A stretch of DNA of 62,413 bases, filler included, from Chiloscyllium plagiosum (lineage: Eukaryota), in NCBI RefSeq assembly GCF_004010195.1. It is 3 parts of one record of this genome, joined end to end, with 100 filler letters (N's around TTAATTAATTAA, not from the genome) between each part and the next. Parts side by side here need not be neighbours in the genome. Positions count along the whole stretch, not along the records: positions 1 to 30,941 come from NC_057710.1; positions 31,042 to 54,059 come from NC_057710.1; 1 more part is not named here. One strand, 5' to 3'. The position numbers were made by a program, and so were the translations under genes. Under the pieces are notes generated by a model. The model was not told the DNA's origin and ran no database searches. It saw only the letters and a program-made list of their open reading frames with translations. Of this stretch, positions 25,920 through 37,616 are shown piece after piece. Position 1 is the stretch's first letter, and each line of letters opens with the position of its first letter.

Positions 25920-26680
25920 AGTCATCAGGTCCAAATGGGATGCACCCTAGATTTCTGAGAGAGAGGTAAAGGAGCAAACTGCAGAACTGTTGGCTGAAAT
26001 TTTCCAGTGCAGATGAATTTCAATGCAGAGAAATGTGATGTAATGCATTTTAATTGAGCAGAAAACATGAAGAGACAACACAGGCTGAATGGAACAGTTT
26101 TGAGGGGAGTAAGTAAGCAACGGGACATTGGGTTCACAGGTATAATTCTCTGAAAGTGGCCAAGCAGGTTCAAAGAATTGTTAAGAAGGCTTATAGGATC
26201 CTTGGGTTTATAAATCGAGGCATAAAGTATCAAAGCAAGGAAGTGATGCTACACCTCTACAAATCATTAGTCAGACCATATTTGGAATATTGTGTACAGT
26301 TCAAGGCACTTTATTTAAGGAAGGATATTAAAGCCGTGGCAAGAGTTCAAAGGAACTTTACTGGAATAATACCAGGCATGAGGGAATTTAGACAGAAGGA
26401 AAGAGTAGAGAAATTGGACTTGTCCTCCTTGGCATGGAAAAGATTAAGGGGTGATCTTACAGAGATGTTCAAACTTAGGAGTAATTTTGATAGGGTAAAG
26501 AAGGATATTTGGTTTCCTCTAGTTGCATGTCAACAACGAGGGATCACAATATCGAAATTTTCAGTAAGAGAGCTAGGAGTGAGATGAGGAGAAATTTCTT
26601 TATTCAGAGATTTGTTAGGATTGGAATGAGCTGCCTGGGAGAGGGGCAGAGACAGATTCCATATGTGGTCTCAAAAGAGA
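25920..26680 (+). mobile_element. CR1 ORF2 C-terminal fragment
   Basis: KAYRILGFINRGIKYQSKEVMLHLYKSLVRPYLEYCVQF. Confidence 0.85.
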
Positions 26681-26684
26681 GTTG

Positions 26685-26726
26685 TATATATATAAAACTC
26701 TCTCTCTCTCTATATATATATATATA
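26685..26726. repeat. Compound (TA)n/(CT)n microsatellite
   Basis: TATATATATAAAACTCTCTCTCTCTCTATATATATATATATA. Confidence 0.9.
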
Positions 26727-27384
26727 AAAAACTCTGTATAGGAGCCCCCAGATAAAAGAAGAGTCGATGTTTTGAATATAAGTTCTTCTCTCTTGGCAAG
26801 CACCATACTCTGGAATAATGAATTCCACTAATTCATGACTCTTTGAGGGGAATAATTTCTCATCATCTCCGTTTAAGTCTGCGACTCCTTGCCCTAAAAC
26901 TATGACCTCACATTCTAGATTACCCCACATGAGGAAACATCCTGACCATCAATAAATTTTGAGTTAATTGGAATGCACTGCTTGAAAAAGATGATGGAAA
27001 TAAATTTGCCAGTTACTTCCCAAAGCAATTTGGACATATATAAAAGAGAAAACAGCTAGGGTTATGGGAAAAAAAAACATAGGGTTATGGTGGGGAAGGG
27101 TCAGCAGTCAGTGGGACTAAGTGGGTCATTCTGTTATAAAGGTACACAGGCACAGTAGCCTGGAGACCTCCAGCTAAACTTTTTCATTCTCAGTGTGTTT
27201 TGAGGAAAGATGCTTAAAACAGCACAACTCATTTTTTAAATGTTCCTGCTTTATGAGCTCACTGATCATGTGAAACAACTGAATATAACATTGTGTAGCA
27301 TCACTTGACTTTAGAGTTATAATTTCATTCATGTTAACAACAATTTGAATCGAGTGATTAGTTTAAGTGAACGTTTCCTCTCAG

Positions 27385-28035
27385 AAACATAGCAACATAG
27401 AAGATAGGAACAGGAAGGGGGCCATTCAGTCCTTTGAGCCAGCTCCACCATTTATCACGATCATGGCTTGATTGTCTAACTCAATATCCTAATCCTGCTT
27501 TCTCCCCATAACCTTTGATCCCATTCACTCCAAGTGCTATACCTAGCCACCGCTTGAATACATTCAATGTTTTAGTATCAACTACTTCCTGTGGTAATGA
27601 ATTCCACAGTCTCACCATTCATTGGGTAAAGAAATGTCTCCTCATCTCCATCCTTAATGGTCCAGATTGTAGAATCAGACTGTGACCCCTGGTTCTGGAC
27701 ATACATACCATCGGGAACATGCCCCCTCCATCTATCCTATCTAGTCCTGTTAGAATTTTATAAGTCTCTACGAAATCCCTCCCTCATTCGTCTGAACTCC
27801 AGCGAAAACAAAACTAACCTAGTCAAGCTCTCCTCATACATCAATCCCGCCATCCCCGGACTCAGCCCGGTAAACTTTCATTGCACTCTCTTGAGCACAA
27901 AAGCACTCTTCCTCAGAAAAGGAGACCAAAACTGCACACAGTATTCTAAGTGTGGTCTCACCAAGGCTCTGTATAACTGCAACAACACATCCTTGTCCCT
28001 GTACTCGCAACCTCTCGCAATGAACGCCAACACAC
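27385..28035 (-). mobile_element. CR1 3' fragment truncated by the Gypsy insertion
   Basis: VLAFIARGCEYRDKDVLLQLYRALVRPHLEYCVQFWSP, with an (ACATAG..)n tail near 27385. Confidence 0.85.
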
Positions 28036-29003
28036 TGTTATGAAGATGTGGGTGTACTGTACTTTTAAGAGAGTTAAGAGCTAGCAGTGACAGCATCAAG
28101 TGTTCTCAAGAAGACACAATGTAATATATATCAAACTTTACCACATTTTTATGAGAAAGATGTTGAAGCCTTTTTATTTCATTTGAAAAATTGGGTAGGC
28201 AGACGGAGTGGTCCGAGGGTTTATGGGTACTGCTAGTTCAGACTAAATTGGTAGGCAGAGCTAGTGAGGTATTTGCTGCATGGTCAGATGAGGGGTCAAG
28301 AGATTATGAAGAGGTTAAACAGGCTATTTTAAGTGCTTATGAATTGGTACCAGAAGCAGATAGACAGCAGTTCAGAAACACAAAGAAGGAACCAAGTCAG
28401 ACTTATGTTGAGTTCGAAAGAATTAAACATAGTTATTTTGATCGATGGGTGCATGCTTTGAAAATAGCTAGGACATTTGAGGCTCTAAGAGAGACTATTC
28501 AGCTGGAGGAGTTTAAAAACTCACTTCCAGAGATGGTAAGAATTCATGTGGAGGAACAGAAAGTTCAGGAAGTGAGAAGGGCAGCAGAATTAGCAGATGA
28601 GTATGTGCTGGTGCATAAGACAGTTTCTGCCCAGAATTTCATTCTGATGAGGGATAGAAGTTGGGAGAAGGGGAGATCCTACACTACTAAACCAAGAGCA
28701 GAGAACACTGGTGAGAATTTACCACAGGATAAAAAAGAAGCCCAAGAGGGTGGAAAGGAGGTGAAAGGCCTCAGATGTTTCCACTGTGGTAAAGTGGGAC
28801 ACAAAAGTCACAGGGCTGGTCGTTAAAGAAAGGCACTGTGGGAAAAGATGTGGGAAAAGAAACTAAGCCAATGGCATTAGTGAAGGTGGTAAAGGAGACC
28901 CCAAGAAGAGCCGAGAGCTGCAGGAGAGTGCACAACCTAGGCAAGGGCTGGGTATAGAGTTAATACCTCATCTTGATAAAGAATTTGCCTCGGTGGGTAC
29001 AAT

Positions 29004-29220
29004 TTAGATTCTCAACAGTGTGGAAACAGGCCCTTTGGCCCAACAAGTCCACACTGACCCTCCGAAGAGTAACTTCCCTCTGACTAATGCACCAAACACA
29101 ATGGGCAACTTAGCATGGCCAATTCGCCTGATCTGCACATCTTTGTACTGTGAGAGGAAACTGGAGCACCTGGAGGAAGCCCACGCAGTCACAGGAAGAA
29201 TGTGCAAACACCACACAGAT
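29004..29220 (-). mobile_element. HE1-like V-SINE fragment inside the Gypsy element
   Basis: Reverse complement of the V-domain (AAAGATGTGCAG...GAATTGGCCATGCTAAGTTGCCC) with a CR1-like tail. Confidence 0.8.
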
Positions 29221-29987
29221 AGAACAGAGGGAGAAGGACAAGAAGTTATAATTTTGAGAGATACAGGATCTAACCAGTTGCTGATAGTAACGAATGAATG
29301 AATATGCACTCTTTCTGATCTGTTACCCGAGAGTTTGGTAATTTGTGGGATAGATGGACAGAAAGTTAATGCTCCCCTATGTAAGATCAGGTTGGAGTGC
29401 CAACTCAAGACTGGGGAAGTTACAGTGGGAGAGATTGACAGTGTCAGTTCCAGGAATTCAGTTTGTTCTTGGGAATGATTTGGCAGGATCTAAGGTGGGA
29501 GAGACACCCCTTGTTGTGGAAAAGCCCAAGTGAGCAAGAAACTGAGGAGTTAAACAGAAATATCCTGGTATTTTCCTGGACTCTGTGGCAACCAGATTCC
29601 ACTTTCATAAGTCACAGCATGAAGTGAAAAGTAATGAGGAAGATGAAGGAGTAGTGATTCAGTTAGCAGGTACCCTGTTTGACGTTATGGTGATGGAAAA
29701 ACCTGAACAGGCAGAGGGTCAGACTGAAGTGTTTAGCCCTGAAAGGCTAAGAGACTTGCAACAGCAAGACAAGACAATAAAAAATACATATGTGGATGTG
29801 TACTCTGAAAAGGAGGCAGAGAATATTCCAGAGGATTATTATCTGAAAGATGGAAATGGAGACCCCAGCAGGTTAGTGCAGAGAAGAAATAGGCCGATTG
29901 TGTTGTCAGTAGCATACAGACAGGAGGTGTTACGGGTAGCACGTGAACTATCAGTAGGAGGTCACCCTTGGGTACGAAAGACTCAGG

Positions 29988-30045
29988 TGATGAAGGAGCG
30001 TCGCTCCGAAAGCTAGTGTGCTTCCAATTAAACCTGTTGGTCTAT
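29988..30045 (+). ncRNA. Family B PLE pseudo-LTR fragment with hammerhead core (C3 lost at the junction)
   Basis: (g)UGAUGA A GGAGC GUC GCUCC GAAAG CUA, followed by CTTCCAATTAAACCTGTTGG whose AATTAAACCTGTTGG is shared with 51731-51862. Confidence 0.6.
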
Positions 30046-30075
30046 TTATCTTCTCCTGCTGAACACTCTCTGCTC

Positions 30076-30111
30076 ATTCCTGAAGAAGGGCCTGTGCCCG
30101 AAACGTCGAAT
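30076..30111 (+). ncRNA. Minimal type I hammerhead ribozyme motif, intact core (family A)
   Basis: AUUC CUGAAGA A GGGC CUGU GCCC GAAAC GUC GAAU, with perfect 4-bp helices I and II. Confidence 0.75.
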
Positions 30112-30941
30112 CTCCTTTACTCTCTTTGAGTTAATATTCAGTCATGAATTGAGAGGCCCTTTGAAATTAATTAAAGAAAAATTGATAAGACCAAAGTCAG
30201 AGATCTCACACTTAGATTATGTATCGGAGGTGAAGGAGAGATCAAATCGAGTAGGTGAGTCAGCTAAACAGCATCTAAAGAGGGCACAGTGTAGAATGAA
30301 GCAGGTGGCAGATAAAAGCTCTGAGACTCGGATGTTTTCCCAAGGGGTTGACATGTTAGCACATGTTACTAATGATAGGAGATCCCTTCAAAGTCAGGTT
30401 TAGTGCTCCCTATCAAATTGAGAAAATGTTGAGTCAGATGAATTATTTAGTAAAGATGCCTGGTAGAAAGAAATGATATTGAGTATGTCATGTGAACATG
30501 TAGAAACCATATTATACTAGAGAGAAAACTGGAGAAACAGGTGTTAGTTACTGCCCCGCAGAGAGAGGAATCAAATCCAGATGAGGTAGATTTTGAGGTG
30601 CCTCAAAATAGATTACAAAATGAAGAAATTAAGAAGTCCTTGAGGGGTGGGATAGATTAGTAAGCTATCTATCTCAGGAGCATAGAATGCAGTAAAAGAT
30701 TTGTTACTGTAGTATAAGGACATATGTAAGAATCAAATGGGGATGACTAATGTTATTGTACATGAAGTAGATGTCAGGAATACTGCTCTGATAAAACAAC
30801 ATCCCTATTGGCTTAATCCTTTCAAAGCCAGACAGGTCTGAACGGAGATGGAGGCCATGCTCGACGAGGACATCTTCGAAGCAAGCCAGAGCAAGTGGAG
30901 TTCACCAATCATCTTAGTTCCCAAACCGGACAGGACTCAAC

Positions 30942-31041
30942 NNNNNNNNNNNNNNNNNNNNNNNNNNNNNNNNNNNNNNNNNNNNTTAATTAATTAANNN
31001 NNNNNNNNNNNNNNNNNNNNNNNNNNNNNNNNNNNNNNNNN
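30942..31041. other. Assembly gap with artificial spacer (44 N, TTAATTAATTAA, 44 N)
   Basis: An identical 100-nt construct occurs at 54060-54159. Confidence 0.97.
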
Positions 31042-31308
31042 TGGGGCGGCTGTGGACGCCTCTGCTGCAGCTGGAGAGGGTGGGGGAGGGGTTCCTGCTT
31101 GCTGAGAGCTGCGGGCTCCCTTCCCTTTAGTCATTTTAACTTAGGATTAAATTGTTTAAATGTAATATTACACAACTAATTAAATTACACAACTATTATA
31201 AATGATTTGGTGAGCTTGGTAGGGGGTGGGTGACCCACTGTACCCAAGTCTTGGGAGGATCACTATAGACTCAGTCTTGATGGGTCGCCGCCATCTTGGA
31301 TCCCCTCC
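31042..31308 (-). mobile_element. 5' end of an L1/Tx1-like LINE (5'UTR plus ORF1 start)
   Basis: Minus strand begins GGAGGGGATCCAAGATGGCGGCGACCC (YY1 motif), preceded by TT|AAAAAGAGCTCTTC. An ATG at 31134 opens MTKGKGARSSQQAGTPPPPSPAAAEASTAAP, which runs into the gap. Confidence 0.7.
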
Positions 31309-31399
31309 GAAGAGCTCTTTTTAATTGAGATTTTGGATAATCACACAGCTTGAGCATGATTAGTTGATAGAATACATTTATTTTCAAACATATTCATGA

Positions 31400-31870
31400 T
31401 GGCCCTAAATCTAATTCGGGATTCCATGCAACATTCTGAACAATAGATGAGAAACCTTGGTTGCATGCAAGGATTGCAGAAACTGGAGTCATTCTTTTTG
31501 AAGAGAATATTGAGAAACACTCTGCCAGAGGTGCTTATAATTAAGGGGGGTCCAGAAAGAGTACGTAGGGTGGAACTGTTCCTTTTGCTGGTGGAATCCT
31601 GAACCGTAGGACACTGATTTAAGGTGACTAGCAAACAAAAAACAACAATGAGAAGAGGAAATCATTGTTTCTGCAGTGAGTGATTAGGTTCTGGAGTGCT
31701 TTGCCTGACAGAGAAATAGTGGATGATTCAATCAATGCTTTCAAGAGACAATTAAATAATTATCTGAAGAGAAATAGGTACGGGCTAATGGTAACAGGAG
31801 GGAGACTGCAACTAAATGAAGGAACTATTGCAGATTCAGTTGGCCAAATTGCCTTCTGTTGTGTTGTCAT
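31400..31870 (+). mobile_element. Old CR1 3' fragment
   Basis: FWSALPDREIVDDSINAFKRQLNNYLK (cf. WN.LP..VV.A.S...FK..LD). Confidence 0.6.
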
Positions 31871-32589
31871 GACCTAACGTTAAGAGTCAAAGACAATCCA
31901 TTGGTAAAGCGTAGGGATGAAGCAATGGTTAATTCCAGCTGATTTGGGGATTTTCTGGTCAGCCTTTAAAGGAAATGGAGCACCATCAGCTTCCTGCAAA
32001 GCCATTCATGGCAGAATATTCCCACTTCAGAGGGGTCCCACTACTTGGGTTCAGGTGAGAGGAAGAGCTCAGAAAATGAGAAACAGGGCTCAAAATAATT
32101 CACTGAGAGTGAATCTGCCCCTGAAACTAACAAAATTGCACTGGATCATTCACTCAATTGAGCTCACTCAGAGAAAAGCCACCCCTATAAACAGAATGGG
32201 AGGAATTGGAATTATTGAATTGTACAGAACTGAAAGGCCCTTCAGCCTATTAAGTCTGTCCCACCAAATCAGAGAGGAGCTGATCCCCAGGCCAGAGTGG
32301 CACTCTCCCATTCTCGCTGCCAAAAGCCAAGGCCTGGGAGAATGGGAGCTGCCCTTTATCGAGGCCTGTCCACCTTTTTGCTGAGGTCGGCAGGGAGGCA
32401 GATACCTTCTCACCAAGGCAACTGACTGCAAGGTCTGGGTGTGAATGGGGAGATGATTCTTGGAGAGAAGAAGGTGACTATAAAGGTGGGGTACAGTGGG
32501 GAACACTAATTAAGGTTGCAGTTGTGATGGAGTGACAGATAGTCTGCAAGAAACAGTGAAGGGAAACAGGGAGACTGTAGTGATCTTTT

Positions 32590-33063
32590 GAAGTCTGATT
32601 TGCTAGTATTTGACCCATATCCCTCTAAACCCTTCCTATTCATGTACCCATCCAGATGACTTTCAAATGTTGTAACTGTACCAGCCTCCACCACTTCCTC
32701 TGGCAGTTCATCTCATACACGTACCACCCTCTGCATGAAAAAATTACCCTTCAGGCCTTTTGTAAATCTTTCCCCTTTCACCTTTAACCTATGTCCTCTA
32801 GTTTTGGACTCCCCCACGTTTTGATTATTCAACCTATCCACGCCCCTCATGATTTTATAAACCTCTATAAGTCACTCTTCAGTCTCAGACACTCCAAGGA
32901 AGAAAGGTCCCTGGCTATTCAGCCTCTCCCTATAGCTCAAACCCTCCAACCCTGCACCCTCAAGTTTAACAACATCCTTCCTAAAGAAGTATAACCAGAA
33001 CAGTACCCCTTACCAATATTCTGTACAGGTGCAACATAACATCCCAACTCCTGTACTCAGTGT
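32590..33063 (-). mobile_element. CR1 3' fragment
   Basis: VVEAGTVTTFESHLDGYMNRKGLEGYG. Confidence 0.8.
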
Positions 33064-33414
33064 CGTGTTGTGAGAAGCTGATTGCATGGGGTGTGTAGAG
33101 GAGACAGAGGGAGTTTGCAAAGCCTGAAAGCGAGGGACACTGCTAATGGTGCAGAGGGAGGCTATAAAGAAGAGAGAATAGTTTTAAACCTGTCTTCAAA
33201 GCAATGCTCAGCTAACTGGGAGCCAGCAGATGTGACATCACTGAGATATTAAATTACTTGCAAATAAAAGTGGAATCACAACCTAAAACTGCAAATGCTG
33301 AGAACCTACTACATAGGAAAACATGTTGTGGATGCTATTGTAATAAATACTGTGTCATTTGTTAAATTTGAATCGGAGACTGAGATCTGAGATGTAATAA
33401 AAGGGTTGTGAATA

Positions 33415-33718
33415 GAATTATAGAAACCCTACAGTGTGAAAGCAGGCCATTTGACCCATCGAATTCACACCGATCCTCCGAACAGCAGCCCACCCAGACC
33501 CAACTCCCTACTCTATTCCCTGTGTCTGTGTATTTCCCATGGCTGAGCCACCTTGCCTGCACTCCCCTGGACACAGCGGGCAATTTAACATTGCTAATCC
33601 ACCTAGCCTACACATCTTTGGACTGTGGGAGGAAACCCATGCAGACATGGTGAGAATGCACTAATTCCACACACAGTCACCCAAGGATGGGGTTGGCGCT
33701 AGACCCTTGTGCTGTGAG
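33415..33718 (-). mobile_element. HE1-like V-SINE
   Basis: Same family as 40884-41207 and 59331-59660. The 5' end is cut by the PLE insertion. Confidence 0.8.
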
Positions 33719-34040
33719 GGATTCCTGATGAAGGGCTCCGGCCTCGAAACATCGATTCTCCCGCTTTTCGGATGCTGCCTGACTTGCTCTGCTTTTCCAG
33801 CAAAACACTCTCGACTCTGATCTCCAGCATCTGGAGGCCTCACTTCTCCTAGTTGATTTCAACCTGACTGCAAAGCCTCTTCCAAGGATGCCTACCTTGA
33901 AGAAGTTCTCCTACTCTCTCTACAAAGATCTCAGTGAGTCCCTCTCTCATTGTACTCCCCAAGTCCTCTCCATTCCTGATGAAGGGTTCCAACCTGAAAC
34001 ATTGATTCTCCTGCTCCTCGGATGCTGCCTGACCTGCTGT
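33719..34040 (+). mobile_element. Tandem family A PLE unit: pseudo-LTR, putative ORF start, partial pseudo-LTR, with two hammerhead cores 251 nt apart
   Basis: CTGATGA at 33725 and 33976, each followed by a helix II and GAAAC-ATY. An ATG at 33888 opens MPTLKKFSYSLYKDLSESLSHCTPQV. Confidence 0.75.
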
Positions 34041-37000
34041 GAAGTTCAGCTACCCTCTTGCTAAACATGTTAACTTTGACAGTGTCAGAGAGTAGAAAAC
34101 ATGCCCTGAAAATCAGTAGTCTTTTTAAAATTTTGATATTTGATACCCTTTATTTCTTACTGTTAGTGCTAAGATTAGATTTCTTGATTTTGTGATAATA
34201 TGGTGCTGTTTTTCTAGAAATTGGCAGCAGCATGATAGCAGAAAAAGTGTTTTATATTTCAGCTGATTGAATAATGGCATTGGTTATTCTATACCACTAT
34301 GGCTACTGTTGAATCATGCTGTAGTTTTTACAGGAGGGCAGAAGCAGGGACCTCTGCTTCAGTTCCATATCTAATTTACAAAAGCATTATGAGTCATGTG
34401 TAAACTGGCAAAGATTTGTTGATTGGATGCAAATAATAGACTCTCATTTAATTAAATCAAGTAATCAACCACAAACAGAAACTTAAATGATTTATGGATA
34501 TCATCTGTGGTTGAATTACTTGTTTGTAGTCCTTCTGTTGCATGCTTTCATTGTGTTTCACAGCCATGACTGTCAATCTTCCATTAAAGTGATTAGATCA
34601 GGATCATTTTCAGCAATAATTCAAACTACTGAGTAACTGAAGAGCACAGCTACAGATAATAAAGTCGTATTTATAATTATACTGGGTCAGTAACAAACCT
34701 GTGACAAAAGCAAATCTTGTGTGTGTCTTGTAGTGCAGTGGTACTGTCTCTACTTCCTGAGCCTGAAAGATTGCATTCAAGTCCCACCCATCCTGGAGGA
34801 ATCTTACAGCATGTCTAACCAGGTTGATTATAATAGATATTACAAAGTTTATGTTCTTTTAAAATATTTTTAGTCAATCGTTCAAGTCAGTATATATAAT
34901 CATGTGGGTTAAGATTTGCCAGATCAGAGTAGGGAGGTTTGATTAGTCCCCAGTGTGATCATTTAACAGGATCATCAGTTTTTGAATACTCTGTAGAATT
35001 GTGGTTAGTTGTGTTGTGCACTTGGTGCAAAGCTTCCAAGACTATGGGAAAATGGGAGGAAATGCCAGTTAAACCCTAAGATTCAGGTCAAAATCGAGTT
35101 TATACTGAAAGAGCAAAAAGATGATAAGTTACCAGTAAATGCTTTTGAAGAAGACAGGCATTGGTCCCTGCCACAAATGCTGCATCCTAACCACTAACTT
35201 AACCCTCCTCCTAACCACTGCCTCATGCTAATTCAGATTGTTGACTATGGTCTGAGCTGCTAGATATTCAGCTGAGCTTCCAGCCCAAGATTCTCCATCT
35301 CAAAGACCTCCCTAACATCAACCATCTTTGACTTTGCATGTGCTTCAACCCATGCAGCACCAACATGAAATACTCAAAACATGAATGGACACATCTGCCT
35401 ACAATATTAATTTAACTGAATTCCACTGGAACATAACTCTTTTTAAGAGGTTCAGCCATTTTCTGGTATGGAAGACTGGGTAGACATTTTGCCTGTCCCA
35501 AAGCAGCAGACATGTGGGAACTCCTGGGTTGCTGTGAGAAATCTATCCAGCAAACTATTCATGGGCTCAGCTATGAGTTAGCATGAAAGGCATGAAACCT
35601 TTGCCATACCTAGATTTCAATTCTGCGGCAGATTAGTTTTGCTTTGGCATCTGCTTAAGGTAAACAAAACTCTGGATGCTAGAAATCTGAAATTAAACGT
35701 AACCCATCCAAACCACAGAGTTGAATGAGCCTGTCTGATTTAAAATGGGGTCTGCATCACTGTGCCTGGATAACAGACAGGCTGCACTAAAATTGCACTG
35801 GTGGATTGAAGCTACAGAATATCAACCCAATGAAAACTGTAGTTTCTTTGACAACCATATTTTCATGAGAGATGCATTGGAGATGTGATCATTACTTCGT
35901 TGATCATGAGAACATGATAAATACAATGGTCAAAGAAATAATACATTTAGAATTAAGGGTTATCTAACTTGAAGAGGGCTAGCAAATAATCATTTCACTA
36001 TGGTCTTTGGAAGACTAGAAGTGATAATCTACTTGCGTATAAGATAGTGCAAAGTATTCTTTTGCCTGTAGTTTGAACATTCCCCTCTATATAAGACCTT
36101 TTCAGCATAATGGGGGAAATTATTTTCTTTAGACTACCTTTCAACAATTTGCCTTAGATACCATATTGATTGCAGTTATTTGACTTTATTTAGCATAAGA
36201 AAGAATTAATACATTACGATATTTAAGCAGTAGTTTATTCCGTACAATTGAGAATAATATGAATCATTCTCCACACTGCCTGCTCAGATGTACTCACTTA
36301 CCTGCCTGGTATTATCTACAGATCTTCTTCATGGAGTGGAAGCCAAACCCAATAGGTAAACCCCCAAAACCAGAAGTATTACAAAATTCATCCAGTCACA
36401 ATGGCACACATATGTCCAGCCATAGCGTTGGGCCTAACCCAAACACAACACTTGCCCTTCCCATCTTAGCACAAACATTATCTGTTCCCATTGTTGGTGG
36501 CTTACCCACAGACCTTAAAGATAACAAGAGTTCTAATTTATAAATAGAATCTGGGTTCAATGGCATGCTTTTCATTAATTCCAACAGAGGAGAAAACCTA
36601 AGACTAGAATGTAGAAAATTGAATGTTGAATTGCAATCTACCAAAGCTTAACACCGGAAAGCACCAGGATGGGATTACATTTGATTATATTTTAGCAAAT
36701 AATAAGCGTTTTTAGTCCACATGCCCCCAGGGTAGACAACAGATAAAAATGTGCACCGCTTCAAATCTCTGTTCTTCCCTTTTGTTAGTTTTATAAATCG
36801 CAGGAAACCTGTGACTGTTAGTTATTTTGCACCTGCAACCTGTTAATCCTAGAGCAACTTATTTTTAGGGAGTAACTGTAACAATGATAATTGTTATAGC
36901 GATAACCATAGTCTCTTAATCCTTTGAAGCCCAATCTGTCTAAACACTCTTTGGAATCGACATTCTTAGAATTAATCAACAATTTTAATGTGTCTAGCTT

Positions 37001-37589
37001 GGCCAGGGCCCGGGGACCGATTGCTCCAGATCACTGAATAAAATTTAAGTTCAACTCCCGTTGAGACAGTCCAAAGTTAGGGAAACTTTCAGTGCTATAT
37101 TTCTTTCCTAACCCTGCATTGTGTGACAGGAGGGTCTACCTTTTGGTTGGATGGAGTTTTCATCCCATCTCAGCACCATGAGGACCACTTGGGTTGGAAC
37201 TGAGCAAATCTAAAGCCCATTAGCAGCCAAGCTACATAGAGATCATCCCATTGGGTCTCAGTAACTTCAAGTTGGCAGGTTTGGAGACGATAAAATCTAA
37301 CAATATTTACTAGAGTCATTGAAATCTGGTTAAATAACACAGCCTCTCTAAAATTATACAAACACTAAATTAACTTCCTTGTCCCCCAGGTCATTTGAGA
37401 ATCTCTCGTCTTTTGGAACATCTTTTGTAACACCAGCATCTCCAAATCTTTTGCACACAATGATTAATAATTTTAAACTTGTGCTGCCTTCTTAATAAAC
37501 GGAGCGAAATTTTCATTTTGTTCAATTGATGTCTCCAGTCTATTTTATTTTAACCTTGCCAGTATCAAATGCTTAAAATAATAAATGAG

Positions 37590-37616
37590 GTTTATCTTTT
37601 CATTTCTTCCCTTCAG
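37590..37616 (+). other. Splice acceptor (polypyrimidine tract plus AG), phase 0
   Basis: GTTTATCTTTTCATTTCTTCCCTTCAG lies directly before the sarcoglycan-homologous codons. Confidence 0.9.

Larger units (their letters stand above)
28036..30941 (+). mobile_element. Gmr1-like Ty3/Gypsy LTR retrotransposon (partial LTR, SCAN-like gag, PR, IN, start of RT), decayed, runs into a gap
   Basis: Begins TGTTATG. Gag: AYELVPEADRQQFR...LEEFKNSLP...RCFHCGKVGH. Protease IILRDTGS at about 29248-29271. Integrase N-terminus VLRVARELSVGGHPWVRKT at about 29930-29985 and C-terminus (PFELIF, APYQI cf. GPY/F) at about 30120-30420. RT start IKQHPY...WSSPIILVPKPD at about 30790-30940. Confidence 0.88.

Noticed and set aside
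30986..30997. Palindromic TTAATTAATTAA, repeated at 54104-54115
   Set aside because: It sits centred in identical 44N-12-44N constructs and gives stops in all six frames, so it is a scaffolding spacer and not biology.
31042..31105. Plus-strand GAAVDASAAAGE resembling the SGCZ penultimate exon (GVQVSAAAGD)
   Set aside because: The frame ends in GGGGVPAC* with no further similarity or splice donor. The minus strand explains it better as an L1 ORF1 start.
37569..37616. MLKIINEVYLFISSLQ as the start of an 80-aa protein
   Set aside because: This is translated intron (polypyrimidine tract). Homology begins exactly after the AG.
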